A stretch of 64,000 nt of DNA from Balamuthia mandrillaris (Eukaryota): NCBI GenBank assembly GCA_031835245.2, contig JAVKOQ020000068.1:62001-126000 (forward strand), in the 5' to 3' direction. The notes beneath the pieces were generated by a model. It saw nothing but the letters and a program-made list of their open reading frames with translations. It was not told the DNA's origin and ran no database searches. Shown piece by piece: positions 1-10,787 of this stretch (positions are counted from its first letter, which is position 1; each line of letters opens with the position of its first letter). The position numbers and the translations under genes were made by a program.

Positions 1-2502
1 TTTTTGGCTGAGCTGCATCTCTAACTGTTGTTTCTCCCGTTCCAAGGTATCCACTTGAGCGATGAGCTCCATGTTCCAACCGTGCAGCTCTGCCACGAAC
101 CGGTCCTCGTCCTGCTTCTTCCGTTGAGCGGCCTCCAGTCGAGCCTCCAGTTCTTCCATTCGCGAGGTCGTTGCCCCTCGCAATGCCTCCAGTTCTTCTC
201 GTAAACTCAAAAGTTCTATTTGTTTTTGTCGAAGTTGAGTGACAAATATAGAAGAGAGCGAGAATGAGAAACAGAGAGCGAGAGAGAGAGAGAGAGAGAG
301 AGAGGGGAAGAAATGAATGACTAACCCTCGGAAAGAGTGGAAGTAGAAGGATCTAAACCGTTTTCAAAAGTAGAAGAGGGAGAAGAGTTTTCATCGCCCC
401 ACTCCTCTTCAGTTTCGCTTCGCTCGTTCCCAAGAGAGGAACTCCGTTGAGGAGTCACCATTGCCGAACCATTATTTTCAGTTTTTGAGGGAGTTGTTGA
501 AGTTGGTGATGGAGTAGAAGGAGAATCCGCATTAAGCGATCTTTTGAGTTTGTTGGTAGTTGGTGTCGTTGTGACGCTTGAAGAAGGAGAAGAAGAGCCG
601 ACTTTAGTGGACGCACTGATAGCTCTTCTGCGCTTCTGGTGAGACAAACTGCTACTATTATTACTGCTGTTGACTTGTGGGTTTTGTTGAGCCATTCTGC
701 AGATTTTGGAGACTTTCAACCGGTCCAAGTCTTCGTTGAGCACCAGATAAGTCTGTGCAAAGTCATCCCCGTGAATCTCAACCAGGGCAGCCAATATGTT
801 GTAGGCCGCGTCACGTACTTTCGCTTGCGTGTCGTCCGTACACTATTCATTTGTAAGAAATGATAGGAAAGAAACGACAATATAAATACAAAGAGAAAGA
901 GAGAAAGGATAGAACGAATGCAAGAAACCTTGAGAAGGAGTTCAGTCCAAGGAGCCACATCAGAACCCAACGTCTGGCCTTGCGTCGATAAAACACACTT
1001 GAGCATCCACTTGAGGCACTCGCTTTTAACTCTGGGCACTTTGTGATTCACGAGAGTGTTGGTGATCTCGTTCATCAGGTCCGACAGTTGAAAGGAGTGA
1101 GCGTGCATTTCGGTGAGGGCTGAGTGAGAGGCGGCGACTAGAAGAGCTTTCTTATCTTTAAACGTATCGAGCAACAATGGACAGAGACGGCGTGCATAGG
1201 GAAGAAAATCGCGGCGTAGACCGCGTGATAGAACACCGATTGCTTTTAGGGCGCTCGCAACTACCACTGTTTTGTTATAAGATAAATTCTTTTTGGATCA
1301 ACACAAATATGTGTGTTAGTTTGTTCTCTTTAACAAGAATGAAGACAGAAAAAGGAAGACGAACGGACGTACATCATGAAGCTTCTGAACAACTTTAGAG
1401 TAATCGCCTGGTTTAAGGAGGTACGGTGGAATATTGCACGCATTTATCAATTCGTCGATCTGTTCCTTTCTTGTTTGCCATTTTTCTGATTCCTGCTCGT
1501 TTGTTCTCGTTAAAAGAATGACGAAGCAAACATGGAACACAGGTGAGTAAAGCGAGCAAGTACCATTTCTTTGTACCAATCGCTTGTAAGTGTTGATAAG
1601 AGGTTGATACCTGATGATGATGAAGTTGAAGAGACATCGTGGACTGATGTTTCGCTATGGTGGATCTCTCCATCTTTGCTTGTCTTTTCTTGTTGCACAA
1701 ACGAAGAAGAATAAGCGGATGGCGAAGAAACATGACTCAACGGCGAAGATGTAAACGAGGAAGCAAACGGCGTTGCAGGAGCTGAAGCTGCGTGCAAATG
1801 ATGTTGAGGTTGCGGATGAAGGGGAGTGGAAGGTGTTGACTCGAACCCTCGTAAAGCAGGAGAAGAAGGAGCAGACGAAGAAGGAGAATCAGCGACAGTG
1901 GAAGAAAGGCTTCGATGTCGATGACGTGGCGATGGTGGTGGCGAGGAAGTGTTGCTGTTGTTTACATTTGGTTGTTTCTGAGAGGAGGGAACAAGTTCGA
2001 CAGGCGGACGAGTTGCTGGTGATTGACCTTCGATGGCGCCTTCTAATTCTTTCAGCTGTGCCGGTCGTAAGTCCCATTGTTTCACCTGTTCTAGTAAAGA
2101 AGAGCCCTGCCATCTATGTTTGGTTCATACTTCGTCATTTTTTGGTTTGTAATAAGCAAAACAGAAGTTAAGCAAACCGGTGCAACTCGACAGCCAAAGA
2201 AAGGGCTTCCGTTCGGACCTCTTGGTCTTTGCCATCGAAGCAAGCTTTAAGTATTGGATAGAACTTTTCCACGTCGAATGCTGATGTACCAAAAGTCCTA
2301 TTTCAATCATTATATTAAAATCCAGCAGAAAGAACACAGAACAAAGAACACAGAAGGCAGTCCTACTTGATAGCTAAGGTAAGAGTAAAAAGACAACCAG
2401 CAGATATCTTTGGCAACTTGTTGGCGCACCCTTTCAACAGCCGATTCTATCATAGAGGCACAACGTTAAATAGAACACGTTAAGATAAGAAAAAAAAAGG
2501 AG

Positions 2503-2534
<32 letters not shown>

Positions 2535-3383
2535 AGGAAAAAGAGGAGTCATGAACTCAAACCATCACAGTTTCCGTGGAACAATATTGCATCAGTAACA
2601 ACAGAGCTGTACACATAGAACCTTGCATTAGCAGAGCCAGAAGACCAGAGGAGAAACATAGAAAGAGAAGGAGAGAGAGAGGATGAACCTTGGCAAGCAT
2701 TCTTTTTGGTGGAAGGTCTCCCAGCAAGACACTTTTCTATAATGACTGATGCAACCTCTCCCACTTCCGAACTGCAACATGCATTCAAGAAGCAAAAGAA
2801 AGAAGAAGAAGAAGAAGAAGAAGAACAAGAACAAGAAGAAAAACAACAACAAGAACAAGAAGAACAAGAACAAGAACAAGAACAAGAACAAGAAGAACAA
2901 CAAGAACAAGAAGAACAAGAAGAACAAGCAAAAGAAAGAAGATGAAGAACAAGAAGAACAATAACATGGTTAATAAAGAAAGAGAAGTGAATCAAATAAG
3001 CAAAAATCCACAAGTATGGCCTTCGCCTATGGAGTAGTCACACAAACCTGCTCATGTCATTACGGCCTTGGGCAAAGGCGGTGACGGTAGCCAGGGCGGC
3101 CTCCTGCGCTCTAGGATAACTGTCTGCCACCATCTTCTTTAAATAGGGTCCTTCAAACAGCGCCATTCAGTCAAACAAATTTGTGTCCTCCAAAATCAAA
3201 AAGGTATTGCAAACAAACAAACAAACCGTATTTGGCAGCATCCGCTTTTCGCCCTTGAGAAAAGATTTGAGTGAGCTCGTCGTAGGCGTTCACGCGGTCC
3301 TTCCATTGCCTCGACACCAGACGTTGGGTCAACGGCCCCACAGCGGCAACGGGTGATTCTCCTCCGCCTCCTCCTCCTTCCAT
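1..3383 (-). CDS. XMAP215/ch-TOG/CP224 (Dis1/Stu2) family microtubule polymerase, multi-exon, truncated at left window edge
   Basis: Exon translations give TOG1 start (LTQRLVSRQWKDRVNAYDEL; IIEKCLAGRPSTKK) and TOG2 (ESEKWQTRKE; LLDTFKDKK; HKVPRVKSECLKW), then a Ser/Thr/basic linker and a coiled-coil at 1-240. GT-AG introns. Confidence 0.88.
2795..2960. repeat. (GAA/CAA)n trinucleotide microsatellite in XMAP215 intron
   Basis: Directly visible aagaagaagaacaagaacaa tract; produces spurious poly-E/Q/K/F ORFs. Confidence 0.95.
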
Positions 3384-3559
3384 TTTTTTCTTTATTCTTT
3401 AATTGCCTTTTGTGCAGCTTTTCTGCGGTTTTATTGCTCAAAATGTGGTCTGAAATTATTGTCGAAAATGAGTTTTTTTTGTGTAAAATAATTCCTGGAA
3501 CGGGAAGGAATGTTAACAATGTTAAGAATGAGGTTGATATGGTTCTGCGTCGACATGAA

Positions 3560-5167
3560 TTAACCCAGCGGAGGCATCAGGGACCAGCCGACAAGGGGCT
3601 GGCGGCAGCAGCTCTGGCTGCAACACAACAACTCCCACCAAACTCCTCGTTTCTCATCCCAAAATCTCTTGACGAATCGCCTTGGTTGTCCTCCGCCTTC
3701 TTCCTCCTCCCCCTCCTCTTCTGCCTCTAGAAACAGTTGTTCACAAACATCGCACCTTCTCTGCAAACGTTCCAGTCTTTCCTTCACTTCTTCTGGCAGC
3801 ACCACCACAATCTCCTCCACACTCCCTCTTCCTTCATCTTTCGGTTCTTCTTTTGTTCCTTGCTGGTTTGTAGTCTCCAACTTCATGGAAGAAGAAAGCG
3901 GAGTGAAGGGTGAGGCTGGAACAGAGCTTAACAGGCCTATTGGCAAAAGCTTGTTCCTCAGCACTGCCTCTCCGCTTAAGTGCCACAAACTTTTCGCAGT
4001 TGCGTGGTTGCTGGGCGAAGCTTGGTTGCGCTTCTTCTTCTCCTTCTCCTTCTCCTCCTTCTCCTTCTCTTTTTCCTCCTCTTGCTGTTCATCATTCTCT
4101 TCTGTTTGATTGACAAGTGCTTCTGGCTGGTGAAATGGTTGGGGGGAGCGCGTGCGCAAGAACCGATGGAGCCAACTCATTGAGCAAGGCAGTGCCGCCA
4201 AGGGGTTATCATCCAGGTTGTAATGGTATGCGAGAGCAGTAAGCTGGCCAAACTCTCTCGGCAAGGAGGTCAGCTTGTTGTAGGAGAGGTCGCAGGTTCT
4301 GAGAGCGGCGAGCTGGCCAAACTCTCTCGGCAAGGAGGTCAGCTGGTTGTTGGAGAGGTTGCACGTAATGAGAGCGGTGAGCAGGCCAAACTCCCTCGGC
4401 AAGGAGGTCAGGTTGTTGTTGTTGAGCTCGCAGTATCTGAGTGCACGGAGCTGACCAAACTCTCTTGGCAAGGAGCTCAGCTTGTTGTTGGAGAGGTCGC
4501 AGTAGGTAACAGCGGTGAGCTGGCCAAACTCTCTCGGCAAGGAGCTCAGCTTGTTGTTGGAGAAGCAGGAGCCACCGAGAGCGGTGAGCTGGCCAAACTC
4601 TCTTGGTAAGGAGGTTAGCTGGTTGTTGTGGAGGTAGCAGTCTGTGAGAGCGGTGAGCTGGCCAAACTCCCTCGGCAAGAAAGTCAGCTCGTTGTAGTTT
4701 AGATTGCAGTGGGTAAGAACGCTGAGCAGGCCAAACTCGCTCGGCAAGGAGGTCAGCTCGTTGTTGTTGAGCTCGCAGTGTATGAGTGCACGGAGCTGGC
4801 CAAACTCTCTTGGCAAGGAGGTCAGCTGGTTGTAGGAGAGGTCGCAGTGTGTGAGAGCGGCGAGCTGGCCAAACTCTCTCGGCAAGGAGGTCAGCTGGTT
4901 GTAGGAGAGGTCGCAGTATGTTAGAGCGGCGAGCTGGCCAAACTCCCTCGGCAAGGAGCTCAGCATGTTGTCGGAGAGGTGGCAGACGGTGAGAGCGGAG
5001 AGCTGGCCAAACTCTCTCGGCAAGGAGGTCAGCTGGTTGTCGGAGAGGTTGCAGATGGTGAGAGCGGTGAGCCGGCCAAACTCCCTCGGCAAGCAGCTCA
5101 GCTGGTTGTCGGAGAGGTCGCAGGCGGTGGAGCGCAAAGGGTTGGAGCAGGGAGGGAAGAGCAGCAT
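3560..5167 (-). CDS. Intronless leucine-rich repeat protein (13 x 23-aa LRR plus cap, BC-box-like motif, C-terminal Cys cluster)
   Basis: 535-aa ORF, repeat consensus xALTxCxLSxNxLTSLPREFGQL with 69-bp DNA period; C-terminal KSLWHLSGEAVL...LPEEVKERL...CDVC...CCSQSC. Alternative ATG at 5219 if one extra base at 5129-5130 is removed. Confidence 0.9.
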   Translation of the reverse strand: MLLFPPCSNPLRSTACDLSDNQLSCLPREFGRLTALTICNLSDNQLTSLPREFGQLSALTVCHLSDNMLSSLPREFGQLAALTYCDLSYNQLTSLPREFGQLAALTHCDLSYNQLTSLPREFGQLRALIHCELNNNELTSLPSEFGLLSVLTHCNLNYNELTFLPREFGQLTALTDCYLHNNQLTSLPREFGQLTALGGSCFSNNKLSSLPREFGQLTAVTYCDLSNNKLSSLPREFGQLRALRYCELNNNNLTSLPREFGLLTALITCNLSNNQLTSLPREFGQLAALRTCDLSYNKLTSLPREFGQLTALAYHYNLDDNPLAALPCSMSWLHRFLRTRSPQPFHQPEALVNQTEENDEQQEEEKEKEKEEKEKEKKKRNQASPSNHATAKSLWHLSGEAVLRNKLLPIGLLSSVPASPFTPLSSSMKLETTNQQGTKEEPKDEGRGSVEEIVVVLPEEVKERLERLQRRCDVCEQLFLEAEEEGEEEEGGGQPRRFVKRFWDEKRGVWWELLCCSQSCCRQPLVGWSLMPPLG

Positions 5168-5541
5168 TGCTTTGTTCCTCCTCCTCTTTGTTGTCCGCCA
5201 GCATGCTTTTCTCCTCCATCTTTGCTTGGCTCTGCAGCAAAAATAACAATTTTTGGTGGACTGTTATCGACTACCTTTAAAGACCCGAAAAGGGAAAAAT
5301 TCAGATGAGAAAGGCCTTTTTAGGGTAAGGTTCAGCCTCTGTTTTGATTTTTGATTGGTGGTTTGAAACGCCCAGATCAAACCATCGGTTTAAATGATCT
5401 GATGATCTTGGAGATAATTAAAAAAATGGTACGGTTTGCACACGACACGACGCGACATTTTCGGTGGAGCAAAAAAAAAACCACTCTGCTACTCAAACGG
5501 TAGCAGCAGCAGCACGAGTAGTAGTGAATTTAAAACAAAAA

Positions 5542-5870
5542 ATGTCTCGCAGGGCGGTGGGTTTGTTGGGCGGCGCCAGAGCCAGCGCTCCCTTGGCGGC
5601 GGAGGGCTTGGGTTGGCGCGGGGCCTCTGCTGGGCTGGCGCGGGGCCTGCACGCCTCTTGCCGCTCTTCCTTCCACAGCAGCGCCCGTCTGGCCAGGGCG
5701 CAGCACCTCAAGCCAGCGGACCGAGGGGAGGTGGAGACCGACCCCATGATCCACGAGCTGCGCAGGATCGAGATCCAGCCCAACCAGATGCACGAATTTA
5801 TTGCCTGCACCGCTGACGCTATCCCCACAAAACAAGAACAAGGTTTGCTTCGCTTTTTGGAATATTCTCT

Positions 5871-5914
<44 letters not shown>

Positions 5915-6799
5915 CCTCCCCCTCTCCTCTCGTTGTTGATTCAGCCACTCATCAAAAACACAAAACTGCACATATGCTGCTGGGGGGTAAAAACCTGATT
6001 AGGAGCCAAGTTGATTGGCTATTGGACCACCGAGTTTGGCGAGCCCAAGAACAGCATTGTACAGATCTGGGAGTACTCCTCCTTCAAGCAGAGAGAGGAG
6101 GTGCGCTCCAAGCTGGCCAACAACAGCAAGTGGCGAAAGTATGCTGAGATGGCCAGGCCCATGCTGCAAAAGGACCACGCCACCATCATCACGCCCTTTG
6201 ACTTTTGGCCACTGCACTACCCCGAGGCGGAGAGCGGCATCTACGAGCTGAGGACCTACCGCCTCAACCCTGGAAACGTTTGGGTGTGGGCCTCTTATTG
6301 GGAGCAAGGTTAGTTTTCGCTTTCTCCTTGCTCTCCATCTATTCTCTCTTTGCTTCTCTGTTTTTCACCTCTTGTCTTTTTGCTCTCTTCTCTCTCTCTC
6401 TCTCTCTCGTTTTCTCTTTTCTGGTTTCTCTTTTTGTTTTGTTTGACTCAAATTCTTGTTTTTTTCTTTAAGGTCTGAAGCACAGGTCCAAGTACGTACA
6501 GCCAGTGGGAGCCTGGTACAGCGAGATCGGTGTCCTCAACCGTGTATTCCACTTGTGGTAGCTATCCGCCTCCTTCCTTATTGTTCTCGTCGTGGCTCTC
6601 TTTCTATTTCAATATTCAAAAATGTAATGCTATTCACTTTACAGGCAATACCCTGACATGGACAAGCGCAAGCAACTTCGAGAGTCTGCTTGGAACGAGC
6701 CTGGCTGGGCTGAAGTCGTGGAGTTCACGCACCCTTTGATCCAAACTATGGTACTTGCAGACTTTGACAATCTTATTTACTGGTGTAAGCTGACCAATG

Positions 6800-6831
<32 letters not shown>

Positions 6832-6890
6832 TGGGTGTACACCAGGAATCATGCATCTTGAAGCCCACTCCCTTCTCCCCTCTCAAATGA
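5542..6890 (+). CDS. NIPSNAP family protein, mitochondrial-type presequence, multi-exon
   Basis: IHELRRIEIQP...IGYWTTEFG...VQIWEYSSFKQREEVR and IYELRTYRLNPG...GAWYSEIG...RESAWNEPGW...LKPTPFSPLK; Arg/Ala-rich N-terminus. Confidence 0.9.
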
Positions 6891-7177
6891 AAGCACGAAT
6901 GGAATGCACTGAGCCTCCAAAAGAAGGGAAAGAAATCTTGTTTGCTTTGCTCCCATTTTAAGGTGATCACCTTAAGACAGCAGCAGTGTTGAAATCTCCT
7001 AGAAAACCCATATATAAATACTCCTCATACGAATAGATGACGTGTCCTCCTTCACGACGACACGAAATAAATTACCTTCCAACAAACCAATTTTTTTTCC
7101 TTTGAAGAAAAGAAAAGAAAAAAAAAAAGAGTTACAAAAAAGCCAATCATCACCCTTCCATCCATCCGTCCTTCGTC

Positions 7178-8146
7178 ATGGCACGTTTGCATTCGCTCAG
7201 TGTGTTGGTGGGAGTCTTGTTATGTTTCATGGGCCTGTGGGTTAGCCTGTCCGCGGCTGACCCAGAGGGCATGTTCGTCTACCTCAACGAGGGCAACAAG
7301 AAGTGCTTCCTGGAGGAGGTGCCAGTCAACACCCTTGTCCAGATCAAATTCACTGGCAAGATCACCTCTGGGGAGGCCCCTGAGTCTGGGGACCCTTTGG
7401 GCATCACCGTCTCCGTGGAGGCCCCTGATCAGAGCATCACCCAGAGGCAGATGGACCTGCAGGGGCGACACGCCTTCACTGCTGGCATCTCTGGCGAGCA
7501 CAAGATTTGCCTTGAAATCAACAGACAAAGATGGTTTGGACGTGGCATCACTGTGGTGCGTGTGCTACTTTTTTTTTAAATCTTTTCTTCTATTTTTTTT
7601 TTTGTTGTTGGGTCTCACCACTCTCTTTTTTTTCTTTTTGGTTGCTTTGCTTTGGCGTTGCTTGGATTATGTAGGAATTGGACCTTTCCATTGAGACAGG
7701 AGTGCGCGCCACCAACTATGAGGAACTCGCCAACAAAGAGCATCTCAGTGGTAACTCTCTCTAACCTTTTCTCTTCTCTCTCTCTCTCACTTTTGCTCAT
7801 GCAACGCCGTTTCTCTTTTGTGAACAGCCCTCGAAATATCCATCCGTCGTTTGAATGACGCCGTGCGGTCCATCATTGCTGAGTCTACCAAAAGGTTAGC
7901 TTTCTTTCTGTCTGTCTTGTGTTGCCTTCTTGCTCTTCTGTTCTTTTCTCTTTTTTGCTCATTCTCTCTTTCCCCTCTTGCTCCCTGCAATCATAGAAAC
8001 GAGAGGCAGCATTCAGGGACACCAGCGAGTCCACCAACGCCCGCGTCATGTGGTGGTCCATTGGCCAAACGGCGCTTCTCGTGGCTTCCGCCTACTGGCA
8101 AATCCTTTACCTGAAGCGCTTCTTCCACCAAAGGAAGCAGGCTTAA
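7178..8146 (+). CDS. emp24/gp25L/p24 (TMED) GOLD-domain cargo receptor
   Basis: Signal peptide; KKCFLEEVP...[12 protein letters not shown] domain; [16 protein letters not shown] entry; tail [12 protein letters not shown]. Confidence 0.92.
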
Positions 8147-8333
8147 GACTGTTTTTCCCTTGTTGTTTTTTGTCTCTGCTGTCTCCACTCTTCTAAACTT
8201 CCTTATTTTTAATGATTATTGGGAGGCGTTTCCCTCTTACTCGTTATCTCTGCTCTCCTCTCCTCTCGTTCTCGTTTCTCTCAAACCAAAAGTAAACGTA
8301 CAGGCAATATGACTATTCTTCTTTTCTCCTTCT

Positions 8334-9785
8334 TCAAAAGAAAAGCGGATGTATGTTCCTCAACGTGAGATGCGTTCGGCACAAAGGACAGCGCCCCTGA
8401 TGACGAATGGCTTTTCGAATGCAGCCTCTGCAGTAGATATGCCCACACGTGGTTGATGTGATGCGGTTCTGCCGCATCGACCCCAAGCAGATGTTGCACT
8501 GCAGCGCTTTCAACAGCTTGTCCATTTTGGTTGCTTCTTTCTTTTCTTTTGTTGTTTTGGCGGATGAGTCATTCTCGTTTTCTTCTCCTTCTTTTTTGTC
8601 CGTCGTTTTGTCTTCTTCATTTTTGATATCCGTCACAATCACTACGCAATCTTCATCGTCGTCCTCCTCTTCGTCTTCTTCTTCTTCTTCTTCGCTGCTG
8701 TCTTCGTATTCATCTTCATCGTCGTCGTCATCATCGATGTGATAGAAAGGCGGAGCAGAAGCAGAAGACGATGACGACGATGAGAACGAGCCATTCAAGA
8801 AAGGACTGTTGGTGATGTGCAAAAGAAAACTCCCCAGAAAGCTGCTCGCTGAAGAAAAAGGACTCGGAGGAGGATTAAACAACGAAGAAGAAGCCGGGTC
8901 AGAAGTTAAATCGATTTCATGTTGATGATGTTGTTGAGGTCTTGTTAGATCGATGAGTGGTCGACGATGAGAAGAAGAAGAAGAGGAGGAAGACGAGGAG
9001 AAGAGATCGTGATCTTCTTGCTCTCTTTCAAGAGTAGGTTCTGGGAGAGGTTGTAGGTCATCGTCCAACAATGAACGATGAGAAGAAGATGATGAAGGAT
9101 GACGGACATGGTGGTGGTGCTGATAATGACGAGAAGGATGAGGATGATTATAGGCATAAGGAGGATAGCGGCGGTGGTGAGAAGAAACATAATGGAGAGA
9201 AGGAGAGGAAGGAGAAGACAGATGGTGGCGACGATGGTGATGAGGATAGCTCCGATAGGAAAGTGAAGGATGAGGAGAAGGAAGAGGGAGAGAGGGAGCG
9301 TCAACGTTTGCTTCTGGCCACGTTGTTGCTGTCAGCCAGTCCCTCGCAGGAGGCGGAGGTGGAAGAGCGAAAGAAGTGGGAGTGGAGGAGGAGGAGGAGG
9401 AGGAGGAGGAGAACGGAGAAGAATAAGCAGCAAAGGAAGGAGGGGGAGAAGGGTGGTGCTGCGGATGAATGAAACGAGGCGGCGGAGGAGGGAATAGCGT
9501 GCGGCCAGGAAAATCGGCGGCGGGGGCTGGAGGGGAAGCGGGGGAAGAGGGAGAGGAGGAGGAGGGCGAAGAAGGGAAGTAGTGAATACGACGTGCCTCT
9601 TTGTTGGAGCCAACCGTATACCTGTCCGCAAGGCCACTGCGCGGTCGTTTGTTGGAAGAAAAAGAAGAAGAGGAATTTCTTCTTGGGGTGTCTTCTTCTT
9701 CGTCCTCCGAAGAAGAAGAGTCGATCAGAATGATTTCTTGGGGTGGCGAGGGTGGAGGCAAATATAGGTCGAGCCCAGACTCCAT
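8334..9785 (-). CDS. RNF4/Slx8-like RING E3 ligase with SUMO-interacting motifs
   Basis: Single exon from ATG 9785 (MESGLDLYL); SIM-like IILID, LIDLT, IDLT, VVIV beside acidic runs; C-terminal CNIC...TTCGHIYCRGCI...CPLCR...IHPLFF. Confidence 0.82.
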   Translation of the reverse strand: MESGLDLYLPPPSPPQEIILIDSSSSEDEEEDTPRRNSSSSFSSNKRPRSGLADRYTVGSNKEARRIHYFPSSPSSSSPSSPASPPAPAADFPGRTLFPPPPPRFIHPQHHPSPPPSFAAYSSPFSSSSSSSSSTPTSFALPPPPPARDWLTATTWPEANVDAPSLPLPSPHPSLSYRSYPHHHRRHHLSSPSSPSLHYVSSHHRRYPPYAYNHPHPSRHYQHHHHVRHPSSSSSHRSLLDDDLQPLPEPTLEREQEDHDLFSSSSSSSSSSHRRPLIDLTRPQQHHQHEIDLTSDPASSSLFNPPPSPFSSASSFLGSFLLHITNSPFLNGSFSSSSSSSASAPPFYHIDDDDDDEDEYEDSSEEEEEEDEEEDDDEDCVVIVTDIKNEEDKTTDKKEGEENENDSSAKTTKEKKEATKMDKLLKALQCNICLGSMRQNRITSTTCGHIYCRGCIRKAIRHQGRCPLCRTHLTLRNIHPLFF

Positions 9786-10541
9786 CTCTATTCGTTTGTC
9801 TCTCTGTGTGGCTTTTGTTTTTTTTTTTTGGTGCTTCTCCCTTCGATTAGAATGAATAGGAGAAAATTTAAATAAAAGGGAGAGGAGGCAAACCTGTACA
9901 CCCGCGTTGTTTTTTTTTTTTTGAAAAAACAAGAACAACAAGAAGCAGAAGAAGGAAGGCTTGAGGGAGGCGAATGGGAGGCTTCTCCTATTTCTTTTTG
10001 TCCCTGTTCCTTCTTTAGTTTTATATTTTTTCGGTTTCGCCACCCAAACAAAAATAAAAAATATCCATTCGTTGGTCAAGTTTCTTCATTTTCCCTTTTT
10101 AAGGATGTTGACATCATTTTACTACCAAAAGAGGAATATACATGACGTCAGACACCCCTTTCTAAAATGTTCCAAAGTTTCCCTTCCGGGAAGTTCGGGA
10201 AATTGTGATGTCATGTGTCGACTTCACCTTTCCTCTCCATCATCATCCTCACCCATGGCCGCTACACAAAAAAAAGAAAGAAAGAAGAGGAGAGATTGTG
10301 TAGCGCGGACCCACCCCCCTTTTCTCTTATTATCTTTTAGTTTTTCTTTCTTTCTTTCTTTTCGCGGAAGTGGTAGTGTCGGCTCGTTTTTGTTGTACGT
10401 AATCCTTTTTTTTATTTTATTTTTTAAAATTTTTTTAAACTTTTTTGTTTCCATCCATCTTCTTTCGTTTTCTTGCTCGCTCGTTTGGTGGCCTCTTTAT
10501 TTAAATTTTCGCGCACTGGTTATGAAAAAAGGTAGAAGCAA

Positions 10542-10754
10542 ATGGAAAACAGCGCCGCCGAAACCACTCTTGTTGCGGATCACTCCTTGCCCCCAACAAC
10601 GAATGACGCTTCTCGCTCTGACGGCAATGACACAGCTGAGCTGACATCTCCACACTCGCTCTCTTCTTCTTCTTCTGCTTCTTCTTGTTCTTCTTCTTCT
10701 GCTTCTTCTTCTTCTTGTTCTTCTTCTTCTTCTTCTTCTTCTTCTTCTTCTTCT

Positions 10755-10787
<33 letters not shown>

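Noticed and set aside
4200..5130. CRISPR-like or DGR-like array in the 69-bp repeats
   Set aside because: Repeats are in-frame coding LRR units in a eukaryotic gene; no cas or reverse transcriptase nearby, and variation is not clearly adenine-specific.
4209..5249. 346-aa overlapping ORF as a second protein
   Set aside because: The open alternate frame follows from tandem repetition of a stop-free unit; only its N-terminal 30 codons look meaningful.
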